Assembly (NCBI GenBank): GCA_037141455.1
Contig: JBAXCN010000001.1
Location: 27,825 to 91,824 of the forward strand
Source: Bacteroidota bacterium
Lineage (GTDB): Bacteria; Bacteroidota; Bacteroidia; UKL13-3
DNA length: 64,000 nt
Reading direction: 5' to 3'
Shown: in pieces, positions 52,681-62,013 of the stretch
Numbering within the stretch: position 1 is the first letter of the stretch
Layout: each line of letters opens with the position of its first letter
Made by a program: the position numbers and the translations under genes
The notes under the pieces: generated by a model
Told to the model about the DNA's origin: nothing
The model's input: the letters and a program-made list of their open reading frames with translations, nothing else
The model's database searches: none

Positions 52681-55600
52681 TTAGTGCATTATTACTACTT
52701 TAACAGTAGTATTTTGTCCTTTAATTCCTTCAATTGATAACATATATATTCCGTCTTGTAAATTACTTACATCTATTTTGTTATTGATTGAAGCATTTAC
52801 ATTTTCGTTAATAATTAATTTACCAGTTACTGAAAACAATTTAACGTTCAAAATTCCAGATAAGTTATTAGTGCTGATATTTAACTCATTGCTTGTTGGG
52901 TTAGGATAAACATTGATATTTGAATTAAATGTTACATCATTTATTCCAACTCCAGCTTTACGAACTAATTTTACATTAAATGTTTCTTCAGCCTTTAACG
53001 AATCGGTAGTTTCATAAGCAAAAACTGTCCACTGTAAAGTTATTGAATCGCCTTTAGCTATTGAATTTGAAGCCAATATTGCATCAATTGCACCGCTTGT
53101 TAAAGTTAATTTGTTATCTGAACCACTAATATCAGAAGCTAAATTTAATAATGGTGTATTAAAGTTACCGGTTAACGTAGTAGCTTTCCATTTGTAAGTA
53201 TTAGCTTTAGTAGCAGCCGACCACGAAATTACAATTGGAGCGGTACTATTTTGCTCAACTTCAACTCTTGTATTATTTGAAGGAGAAGTTAAGTTAAATG
53301 AACCTAAAACGCGCTTACGAACCAAAGTTACATTCCAATCTTGATTAGCTTTTACCGAATCAGAATTTAAATAAGAATAAACAGTCCATTTTACAGTAAT
53401 AGAATCATTACGTTTTATTCCAAATGAATTTAACAATAAATCAATGGTACCGCTTGGCAATGATAAAACTGTATCAGCACCAGCATTGTTTGAATTTGAT
53501 GTAAATAAAGGCGCAGCGAAACTACCTGTTGCAGTTGTAGCAAACCATTTGTAGCGTGTAGCATTTGATGATTTAGTCCAATTAATATTTACTAAACTGG
53601 TATTACCTTCTTCAACAGTTACACTGCTATTATTTGCAGGTGAATTTAAGTTAAATGAACCTAAAGTAACAATTGGTTTGTTACGAGTAAGTGTTAAATT
53701 AAATACTTGTGAAGCTTGTAACGAATCGCTTGCTCCTTTATAAGAAAATACTGTCCATTTAGTTTTTACTGAATCGCCTTTAGCAATGTTTAAGCTTGCT
53801 AAAATACCATCAACTCCACCTGAGGTTAATGTTAAAACGGTATCAACACCAGTATTATTTGATAATAAAGTTAATAATGGAGAAGTAAAATTACCTGTTT
53901 CTGTAGTTAACATCCATTTATATCTTGTAGCGTTAATTGAGCTATTCCAGCTAATATTAATTGCTGTTGTGTTTGCGCTATCAGTTACTAGTTTGGCATT
54001 GTTAGCAGGATTAAGTAGATTGAATACTGATAAAGGCATTTCTACAATATCTTTTTTACGAACACCATATAATTGGTAACCTAATGCACATCCGTTAGTA
54101 GGCGATGAGCAGAATTGAGCTAATATTCCTTCAAAAACAAATAAACCTTTAGGAACATTTAATGCAGGTGCATCTTCAATTTCAGTATCTGCAGCAGCAA
54201 TTACTCTTAAAATTGTAGTATCACCTGCTGTTGAGCCATCCCAAACAGTAGTATTAGTACTTGCAGCAAATGTATTAGCTGTTGAATTAGTTTTTAAACC
54301 AACTATTCTTACCACTTTACTTTCATACTGTTCTCCATTAGTATTTATTTGTTTAATTGTTACTAAAATTGGAGCAGGCAATGTATTATTTGAGCTTAAT
54401 TTAGTAACTCTACTATTTTCTCCAAATGCACCAGTACCAATGTTTATTTGAGAGTAGTTGTTAAAATCACCTCTTCCACCAACTACTTCAACTAAATCAC
54501 CTTCTTTTAATCCACCGTTTGTAATTGAATCAACCATTGAACCTGATGATTGGCGAACAGCAATTGCTCCAGTTGAATCTTGAATATAAATAAATCTACC
54601 CCAAGCTCTTGTTACAACACCTCTTACTCTTACAGTATCGTTGTTAATAGAACGAGCTGCATTTATAGAAATTAATTGTTCGCCTTTAGCAGTTGTAGGA
54701 TTAAACATTTTCAAAATTTGACCACCTTCTACAAATTCAGTGTTTGTAGCATAATGAGCTTGATCAACTAATAAGAAGTTACCTGCACCTAATATATCTT
54801 GTACATCAATAACGCCTGAAGCTTCTTCATCTTGTGTTAAAAAGTTTGCAGCACCTGCAATAAAACGAGTTGAATCGTGGTATGCAATAGCAACAAGTTT
54901 ATCAGTAGCAATGGTATATTCCCACATTTTACCAATATGAGCTTGGTTTCCTACATCTTCTTGAATAATGATATGACCTGAATTGTCTATACCAATATTA
55001 TCCATCATTTTAGGACCTTCAGTACCATCTAACACAGCAGTAATAGTTCCACCTGTTGTTGGGTTCTTAATATCGTTGAAACGTAATCTCCACATTTTGC
55101 TTGGAGCAGTAAATGAGTTAGTAGTTACAAAATAGAAATCGTTAGGATTTGAAGGGTCAAATGAACCATCTTCTGGACGTAAAAATTTAGTAACTGATAA
55201 TGCGTTACTTCTTGTATTTAAAGCCAAACCTGTTGAATCTTTAACTATTCCTAAATCAACCATAGTAAAAGCAGTATTAGGAGCAGGAACAGAAGCACTT
55301 ACTTCTGCTGCTAAACCTGTAACAGCTATACCATATAATCTACCGTTAGTTAAACCAGCTTTGTCCATTTCATTTCCAGTGTTGGTTTTAGTACCTACGT
55401 AAAAATAAACTTGTCCATCAGTTCCATCATCCATTCCAGCAACAACTGTGTTGTTTCCAGAAGCAGGAGAAGCAACTGCATTTTCCCAAGAGAATTTACC
55501 TAAATGAGGCAATTCGTAAGAAGTTCCAGCATTGGTTCCAGTAACAATATGACCAAAAGCTCTGCCTTCAATACCAGTTTCTTCACCATTCATAAATATA

Positions 55601-58600
55601 CGCTCTTGAGTTCCTAATCCAGTTAATGAATTATAGAAAGCAGCAACAGTAGGTAAATCAGCAGAACAGAAACGACCAAAAGCTTTTTTAGAAGTTGTAT
55701 CAGCTGGATTATATAATGTGTAACCAGTTCCTGTAGTATATAAATTTACTTTTTGAATTAAATCAGAACCACTCACAACCGAAAGGTCATTTTTATTAAT
55801 CACCCATTTAGAAACAAAAGCACCTTTAGCACCATGCGCACGGTTAATACCAACTGTACTTCCTAACTCGTGGTTAACCAATAAAGTAAAAGTACCGTTG
55901 TTATTGTCATAAGCACCAGCACCATCAGGTATTCCAACCATTTTGTAACCATTGTTAGCGCTATCGCCTACTGTTAATATTGAGTTGAACTTAACACCAG
56001 GAATCGATGGTAATAAATAAGGCGTTTGTGATGAATTTGGTGAAGCACCAGCAAAAGCATTTGCAGTTGTAGGATTAAACATTTTCAAAATTTGACCACC
56101 TTCTACAAATTCAGTGTTTGTAGCATAATGAGCTTGATCAACTAATAAGAAGTTACCTGCACCTAATATATCTTGTACATCAATAACGCCTGAAGCTTCT
56201 TCATCTTGTGTTAAAAAGTTTGCAGCACCTGCAATAAAACGAGTTGAATCGTGGTATGCAATAGCAACAAGTTTATCAGTAGCAATGGTATATTCCCACA
56301 TTTTACCAATATGAACTTGGTTTCCTACATCTTCTTGAATAATGATATGGCCTGAATTATCTATACCAATATTATCCATCATTTTAGGACCTTCAGTACC
56401 ATCTAACACGGCAGTAATTGTTCCACCAGTTGTTGGGTTCTTAATATCGTTAAAACGTAATCTCCACATTTTGCTTGGAGCAGTAAATGAGTTAGTGGTT
56501 ACAAAATAGAAATCATTCGGATTTGAAGGATCAAATGAACCATCTTCTGGACGTAAAAATTTAGTAACTGATAATGCATTACTTCTAGTGTTTAAAGCCA
56601 AACCTGTTGAATCTTTAACAATTCCTAAATCAACCATAGTAAATGCAGTATTAGGAGCAGGAACCGAAGCACTTACTTCAGCTGCTAAACCTGTAACAGC
56701 TATACCATATAATCTACCGTTAGTTAAACCAGCTTTGTCCATTTCATTACCAGCATTGGTTTTTGTACCCACATAAAAATAAACTTGTCCGTCAGTTCCA
56801 TCGTCTGTTCCAGCAACTACTGTATTATTTCCAGAAGCAGGTGATGCAACAGCATTTTCCCACGAGAATTTACCTAAATAAGGTAACTCATAAGTTGTAC
56901 CAGCATTAGTTCCTGTAACAATATGACCAAAAGCTCTGCCTTCAATACCACTTTCTTCACCATTCATAAATATACGTTCTTGAGTTCCTAATCCAGTTAA
57001 TGAATTATAGAATGCAGAAACTGAAGGTAAATCAGCTGAGCAAAAACGAGTGAATGCTTTTTTAGAAGTAGTATCAGTTGGATTGTATAAAGTATAACCA
57101 GTTCCTGTTGTATATAAATTTACTTTTTGAATTAAATCTGATCCACTGATAACCGATAAATTATTTTTATCTATTACCCATTTAGAAACAAAAGCACCTT
57201 TAGCACCATGAGCACGGTTAATACCCAATGTATTTCCAATCTCGTGGTTAACTAATAAAGTAAAAGTACCATTTCCATTATCAAAAGCACCAGCACCATC
57301 AGGTATTCCAGCCATTTTGTATCCATTATTAGCCATATCGCCAACTGAAATAATAGCATCAAATTTAACACCTGGAGCCGATGGCAATAAATAAGGCGAT
57401 TGAGAAGAGTTAGCCGAAGCATTTGGAACAATAACACCTTCCATTCTTGCATTTAATAACTGAATTCTCTTATCCCCTTTTAAAGTAGTATCTCTCAAAT
57501 TATAAGGATTCGTATTGTAGTTAATTGCCATATATTCCGCAAAGGCATCCTGTTCTTTACCTGTTAAAGTAAAAGTAGCAACACCAGTAGTTTTAATGGC
57601 AGTATCTAAATTTACTCTATTAGTTGAATTTGCTAAAAAAGGATAACTATCGCCACCTGTGTATAAGAAATCTAAAGTAACAAATTTGATAGCTCTTGAA
57701 GTATCTCCAATTAACATACCATTTTTAACAATTGTGTCCATTTTATTTCCTAGTGAATCAATAATAACCATTGATTGAATTTTGCTTCCGATTACTTTAG
57801 TAGTATCGTAACTAAATGACACACCGCCAACTTGAGGGAACTGACCAGGAGTAGTACCTGGATAAGTAGCCGAAATACCATGTTCTAAAATACGTTTTAA
57901 ACCGGCAGCGCTAGTAGTTCCTACAGTTAATCCGTTGTTAAAACGCAATGAGTTTTCAATATCTAATTGTGAAATATCGCCACTTAATTTACCCGCACTA
58001 GGGTTAGCCAAAGTTTTTTCTAATATAGTAGTTGTTCCAACTGCGTTTACATTACCAATTGCAGAACGAATTCCACCACCATTTTTAATAGATACTTTTA
58101 CTTGGTTGTCGTATTGACGAGCGTACCATAAATTAGCATCCGATGATAAGTTACCAAAGTTAGTTTCTTCAGTTCTTACAAAATTTCTTCTGCCTTCTAA
58201 AAACACATTTGATTTACCAAATTTGTTACCATCTTTATTGTTTATAACTGTAGCAATTGCCGATGTTAAAGTTCTAACATTTGCTCCTTTACTACCAACA
58301 GTAAAGCCTGCTGCATAAGTTCCATACAAAGAAGTTACCATGGCAGTATCAGCAGCATAAGCACCATTGATATTTGAATCTAATAAATTAGGTAATAATC
58401 TTCCTAATGAATCAAAATCACAAACAAAACGACCAACATATTTCCATTCAGCAGTAGTATTTAAAATAGCTAAAGGTTCGTTATCGTAATTTAAAGTTAA
58501 AATTGGATATCTATCAGCAACAGGAATTCCAGCTCTTAATCTATCATTGCCATCGGCACATAATGAATGTGAACCACCCGCAATGATAATATCTACACCT

Positions 58601-60744
58601 TTTAACAAACGAGCTAATGCTTTTTCGTTAGCCAATTGTTGTAAATGACTCATTAAAATTATTTTATTGATTCCCATTGATCTTAATGAATCAATAACTG
58701 GTTGTAAAATTGCAGCTAAAGCAGGCATATTATCTGGCCCACCACTTAAAACAGTAGTAGCACCGGGCGAAGAAATAGCAGCTAAAACTTGAGTAGTAGC
58801 ACCAACTATTCCAACTTTTTCACCATTCATTACAATAATAGCCGAAGGCGCAATACCTTTCTTTTGGCTATTAGCAGTAATGGTTGGAGATGTTTTAAAA
58901 CTGTCAACCGATAAGCGTTGAGAAGTAGTTAAGTAACTTAAATTGATATCGTTTGCAAAATTTAAATTAGCACTTAAATATGGAAACTGAGCGCCAATCC
59001 AACGTTTGTCGGCACCGTTACTTCTAATATCCACACCAATAATGCTATTTACTTCTGGAGTTCCTAAATCAAACTCGTGGTTACCAAAAGCAGAACCTTG
59101 GAAACCCATAATATTCATCATGGCAATATCTGTTCTACCAATGGCGGCTCTTAAACCCGAAGTAGTTCCACTATAATAACTGCTAGCAGTATTACGCAAA
59201 GGAGTTTGCATAGTAGGATCTTCGCCAGCACTCAAAAACGGACTAGGAATGTAACAATCGCCCGAAGCTAATTTAACAGTGTTAAGGTAAGTTTCTTCTA
59301 GAGTATCTAATAAAGCAGCAAAGTTTGGAGCATCTATAGGAGCATCTATTCCACTTTCCATGTCTGAAGCATGTAATATTTGCATTTGGAACGCGCTTAT
59401 ATAAGTTGGAGTTTTATAATTCACTAACTTATTAGCACCACTCAAACCAAAAGTAATAACATGGCTTGTGTTAGTTGTAGCAACAGGAATTCCATCAGCT
59501 AGCGGACAAGTTTGAGCAAAATCGTTATCATTTCCAATAGCTATTGTACTATCATTTAATATAGCCAAACCTTCAGCTTTATCAAGTGCCGATGGCCAAC
59601 CATTCGCCAATAAATCCATAACTAATGTTTTTGTAACAGCTTTTATGTTGTAACCAGCCAATCCATTTGAATCAACTAAACCTTCTAAAGTGTTTGTGCC
59701 ATATAAACCTGAATGAACTGCAGTAGCCTGTCCAATATTTATTTGATAAAGTCTTTTTATATCAGATGTTCCTCTTGCGGCAGCTTCTAAAACTAAAAAT
59801 GTACTGTCGTTAATTGCAGCCATATCGCCAATTTTCCAATCTTTTAATCTAATTTGGTTTGATCCTGATGCCCCTATAATTCCATCATTTAAATAAACCA
59901 ACATTCGTTGAGCATTTGTGTTTGGATCAATTTCTAAAATTCTATGTATTCTAGATGCTTCGCCAATTGCGGTTGTTGGATATAAAATTGGACTTTGAAT
60001 AATTGCATATATTTTACCATTAGGAGCAATAGAAATACCTTCAAATCCTCTATTATTTTTTCTGTATTTAAAAACAGTGTCAATTTGTGTATCTACCGAT
60101 TGAACTCCAGCTAAATTTGCGTATGGAGTAAATCTTTGTATTAATAAACCATTTGAATTAAGTTTCCAGATTGTGGCACCACCTTCTTCACATAACCAAA
60201 AGTTACCGTTTTTGTCTACAATAAGTCCTTCAGGATCTATTCCAAATGTATCTTTAGCAGCAGTTTTAGAATTAAAGTTAGCGCAATCTAACACAGTATC
60301 GGTAGATGCTACTTCTAATGCAGTACTTCCTAATCCAGTAGGATTTATCAAACCAGTTGCACCTGTTCCGTTTGGTCTTTTTATAGTAATGGTTTGTAAA
60401 ATCTGAACGCTTGTTCCATTAATTCTTATTCTATGAATTTTTGGTGCGTAAGTAGGAAAAGCATACATCTTGTCGTAAGTTGGGCGGCAACTTGCAGTGT
60501 TTGCATTTGCGCAATCAACATTTACTCCTCTGTCTGAACAAGTCCAAAATTCTTTTCCATTTGTACCTGCGATAGGATACAAAGTTGAAAATCCAGCTTC
60601 TCGGAAATTGATTCCTTTGTAAGTTCCGATAGTAGCAGAGCTTAAATTGCTATAATCTTGTAGTTTTGTAATTTGTGCTTTAGCTAAATTGGCTGTAAAG
60701 CCTATTAGCAAAATGATTAAAAATTTGTAAATTGTATTTTTCAT
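52681..60744 (-). CDS. Giant multi-phosphoesterase T9SS cargo (phytase-like + 5'-nucleotidase + 2x PhoX/DUF839-like + OB-like + 3x FN3-like + CTD)
   Basis: Uninterrupted 8.1-kb ORF with a signal peptide from ATG 60744. Motifs: DPEGLIVDKNGNFWLCEEGG and FEGISIAPNGKIY (phytase-like); ILHASDMES, GNHEFDLG, FVRTEETNFGNLSSDA, IKNGGGIRS (5'-nucleotidase); PDGAGAFDN...LLVNHE and FLRPEDGSFDP, twice (PhoX/DUF839-like). C-terminal YPNPTSNELNIS...GIYMLSIEG is a T9SS CTD. Confidence 0.85.
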   Translation of the reverse strand: MKNTIYKFLIILLIGFTANLAKAQITKLQDYSNLSSATIGTYKGINFREAGFSTLYPIAGTNGKEFWTCSDRGVNVDCANANTASCRPTYDKMYAFPTYAPKIHRIRINGTSVQILQTITIKRPNGTGATGLINPTGLGSTALEVASTDTVLDCANFNSKTAAKDTFGIDPEGLIVDKNGNFWLCEEGGATIWKLNSNGLLIQRFTPYANLAGVQSVDTQIDTVFKYRKNNRGFEGISIAPNGKIYAIIQSPILYPTTAIGEASRIHRILEIDPNTNAQRMLVYLNDGIIGASGSNQIRLKDWKIGDMAAINDSTFLVLEAAARGTSDIKRLYQINIGQATAVHSGLYGTNTLEGLVDSNGLAGYNIKAVTKTLVMDLLANGWPSALDKAEGLAILNDSTIAIGNDNDFAQTCPLADGIPVATTNTSHVITFGLSGANKLVNYKTPTYISAFQMQILHASDMESGIDAPIDAPNFAALLDTLEETYLNTVKLASGDCYIPSPFLSAGEDPTMQTPLRNTASSYYSGTTSGLRAAIGRTDIAMMNIMGFQGSAFGNHEFDLGTPEVNSIIGVDIRSNGADKRWIGAQFPYLSANLNFANDINLSYLTTSQRLSVDSFKTSPTITANSQKKGIAPSAIIVMNGEKVGIVGATTQVLAAISSPGATTVLSGGPDNMPALAAILQPVIDSLRSMGINKIILMSHLQQLANEKALARLLKGVDIIIAGGSHSLCADGNDRLRAGIPVADRYPILTLNYDNEPLAILNTTAEWKYVGRFVCDFDSLGRLLPNLLDSNINGAYAADTAMVTSLYGTYAAGFTVGSKGANVRTLTSAIATVINNKDGNKFGKSNVFLEGRRNFVRTEETNFGNLSSDANLWYARQYDNQVKVSIKNGGGIRSAIGNVNAVGTTTILEKTLANPSAGKLSGDISQLDIENSLRFNNGLTVGTTSAAGLKRILEHGISATYPGTTPGQFPQVGGVSFSYDTTKVIGSKIQSMVIIDSLGNKMDTIVKNGMLIGDTSRAIKFVTLDFLYTGGDSYPFLANSTNRVNLDTAIKTTGVATFTLTGKEQDAFAEYMAINYNTNPYNLRDTTLKGDKRIQLLNARMEGVIVPNASANSSQSPYLLPSAPGVKFDAIISVGDMANNGYKMAGIPDGAGAFDNGNGTFTLLVNHEIGNTLGINRAHGAKGAFVSKWVIDKNNLSVISGSDLIQKVNLYTTGTGYTLYNPTDTTSKKAFTRFCSADLPSVSAFYNSLTGLGTQERIFMNGEESGIEGRAFGHIVTGTNAGTTYELPYLGKFSWENAVASPASGNNTVVAGTDDGTDGQVYFYVGTKTNAGNEMDKAGLTNGRLYGIAVTGLAAEVSASVPAPNTAFTMVDLGIVKDSTGLALNTRSNALSVTKFLRPEDGSFDPSNPNDFYFVTTNSFTAPSKMWRLRFNDIKNPTTGGTITAVLDGTEGPKMMDNIGIDNSGHIIIQEDVGNQVHIGKMWEYTIATDKLVAIAYHDSTRFIAGAANFLTQDEEASGVIDVQDILGAGNFLLVDQAHYATNTEFVEGGQILKMFNPTTANAFAGASPNSSQTPYLLPSIPGVKFNSILTVGDSANNGYKMVGIPDGAGAYDNNNGTFTLLVNHELGSTVGINRAHGAKGAFVSKWVINKNDLSVVSGSDLIQKVNLYTTGTGYTLYNPADTTSKKAFGRFCSADLPTVAAFYNSLTGLGTQERIFMNGEETGIEGRAFGHIVTGTNAGTSYELPHLGKFSWENAVASPASGNNTVVAGMDDGTDGQVYFYVGTKTNTGNEMDKAGLTNGRLYGIAVTGLAAEVSASVPAPNTAFTMVDLGIVKDSTGLALNTRSNALSVTKFLRPEDGSFDPSNPNDFYFVTTNSFTAPSKMWRLRFNDIKNPTTGGTITAVLDGTEGPKMMDNIGIDNSGHIIIQEDVGNQAHIGKMWEYTIATDKLVAIAYHDSTRFIAGAANFLTQDEEASGVIDVQDILGAGNFLLVDQAHYATNTEFVEGGQILKMFNPTTAKGEQLISINAARSINNDTVRVRGVVTRAWGRFIYIQDSTGAIAVRQSSGSMVDSITNGGLKEGDLVEVVGGRGDFNNYSQINIGTGAFGENSRVTKLSSNNTLPAPILVTIKQINTNGEQYESKVVRIVGLKTNSTANTFAASTNTTVWDGSTAGDTTILRVIAAADTEIEDAPALNVPKGLFVFEGILAQFCSSPTNGCALGYQLYGVRKKDIVEMPLSVFNLLNPANNAKLVTDSANTTAINISWNSSINATRYKWMLTTETGNFTSPLLTLLSNNTGVDTVLTLTSGGVDGILASLNIAKGDSVKTKWTVFSYKGASDSLQASQVFNLTLTRNKPIVTLGSFNLNSPANNSSVTVEEGNTSLVNINWTKSSNATRYKWFATTATGSFAAPLFTSNSNNAGADTVLSLPSGTIDLLLNSFGIKRNDSITVKWTVYSYLNSDSVKANQDWNVTLVRKRVLGSFNLTSPSNNTRVEVEQNSTAPIVISWSAATKANTYKWKATTLTGNFNTPLLNLASDISGSDNKLTLTSGAIDAILASNSIAKGDSITLQWTVFAYETTDSLKAEETFNVKLVRKAGVGINDVTFNSNINVYPNPTSNELNISTNNLSGILNVKLFSVTGKLIINENVNASINNKIDVSNLQDGIYMLSIEGIKGQNTTVKVVIMH
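54691..57438. repeat. 1374-bp in-frame tandem duplication (2 copies) within the giant gene
   Basis: agttgtaggattaaacattttcaaaatttgaccacc occurs at 54691 and at 56065 (offset 1374 nt = 458 codons). Long stretches of the two copies are identical or nearly so. Confidence 0.9.
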
Positions 60745-60918
60745 ATTTATTTTTTTTATGAACTTCAAATAGAATGAATTTATAAAAATGAAAGGTTAAG
60801 TTAATATAACCTTTATGTTAAAATAACTTAAAACAATGCCATTACTTTACAATTTAATAACATTGAAATATATTTTTTTTTGCTGACCCACATCATGCTA
60901 GTATTTGAAATGAAATTT

Positions 60919-60926
60919 TACATTTG
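60919..60926 (+). promoter_or_regulatory. Bacteroidota -7 promoter box (TAnnTTTG)
   Basis: TACATTTG, 4 nt upstream of ATG 60931 of the adaptor gene. Confidence 0.35.
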
Positions 60927-60930
60927 AACT

Positions 60931-62013
60931 ATGAAAAATATTGCAATTGTTTTAGTATTTTATTGTTTAATTTTTGCTTGTAAAAGTAAAGTTGAAAAAA
61001 TAAATCCAATACAGCAAGACATTACAGAATCGGTATATGCCTCTGGGACCATAAAAGCAGAAAACCAATATCAAGTATTTGCTAAAGTAAATGGTATAAT
61101 TAATCAAATATTAGTTAACGAGGGAAGTTTGGTAAAATTAAATACCTCTTTGGTTTCTGTCCAAAATGAAACATCAAGGCTAAATTCTGAAAATGCTAAA
61201 CTTGCTGCTAGTTTCAACGATTTTAACGCCAATCAAAATAAGCTAAACGATTTGGAAATTGGAATTGAATTGGCTAAATCAAAACTTTTTAATGATTCAT
61301 CGTTATTTGTTCGCCAACAAAATTTATGGAACAAACAAGTGGGAAGTCAAAATGATTTAGACCAACGTAAACTCGCTTTTCAAAATTCAAAAACGGTTTA
61401 TTTATCTGCATTAAATAAATACCAAGATTTAAAACGGCAACTACATTTTGCATCGCAGCAGTCTCAAAAAAACTTAAGCATTGCTCAAAATCAAATGAAC
61501 GATTTTTTAGTAAAAAGTGAGATAGAAGGAAAGGTTTATAGTATTTTAAAAGAAAAAGGAGAAATGGTAAATACTCAAACTCCTTTAGCCATTTTGGGCT
61601 CGGCAAACGATTTTAAATTAGAGTTGCAAATAGACGAATATGACATAGTTAAAGTGCAGTTGGGTCAGTTGGTTTTAATATCGTTAGATAGTTATAAAGG
61701 GAAAGTTTACGAAGCCGTTGTAAACAAAATTAATCCAATAATGAATGAAAGAACCAAAACTTTTTTAGTTGAAGCAAAGTTTACCAAACAGCCCAAAATA
61801 TTGTATCCAAATTTAACTGCCGAAGCCAATATTATTATCCAAACAAAAAAAAATGCAATTACTTTACCGCGAAATGTGGTTAGTGATGATGGATTTGTAA
61901 CTAAAGCAAATGGTGATAAAATAGCGGTAAAAACTGGATTGAAAGATTATAAAAAAATTGAAATTTTAAGCGGTGTTTCCCTTAGCGATGAAATAATTGT
62001 TCCTGCCAAATGA
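60931..62013 (+). CDS. HlyD/MacA-type periplasmic adaptor (membrane fusion protein)
   Basis: Lipoprotein-like signal (LIFAC). Lipoyl-like hairpin regions flank a long coiled coil. First gene of an adaptor-permease-ATPase operon. Confidence 0.75.
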   Translation: MKNIAIVLVFYCLIFACKSKVEKINPIQQDITESVYASGTIKAENQYQVFAKVNGIINQILVNEGSLVKLNTSLVSVQNETSRLNSENAKLAASFNDFNANQNKLNDLEIGIELAKSKLFNDSSLFVRQQNLWNKQVGSQNDLDQRKLAFQNSKTVYLSALNKYQDLKRQLHFASQQSQKNLSIAQNQMNDFLVKSEIEGKVYSILKEKGEMVNTQTPLAILGSANDFKLELQIDEYDIVKVQLGQLVLISLDSYKGKVYEAVVNKINPIMNERTKTFLVEAKFTKQPKILYPNLTAEANIIIQTKKNAITLPRNVVSDDGFVTKANGDKIAVKTGLKDYKKIEILSGVSLSDEIIVPAK

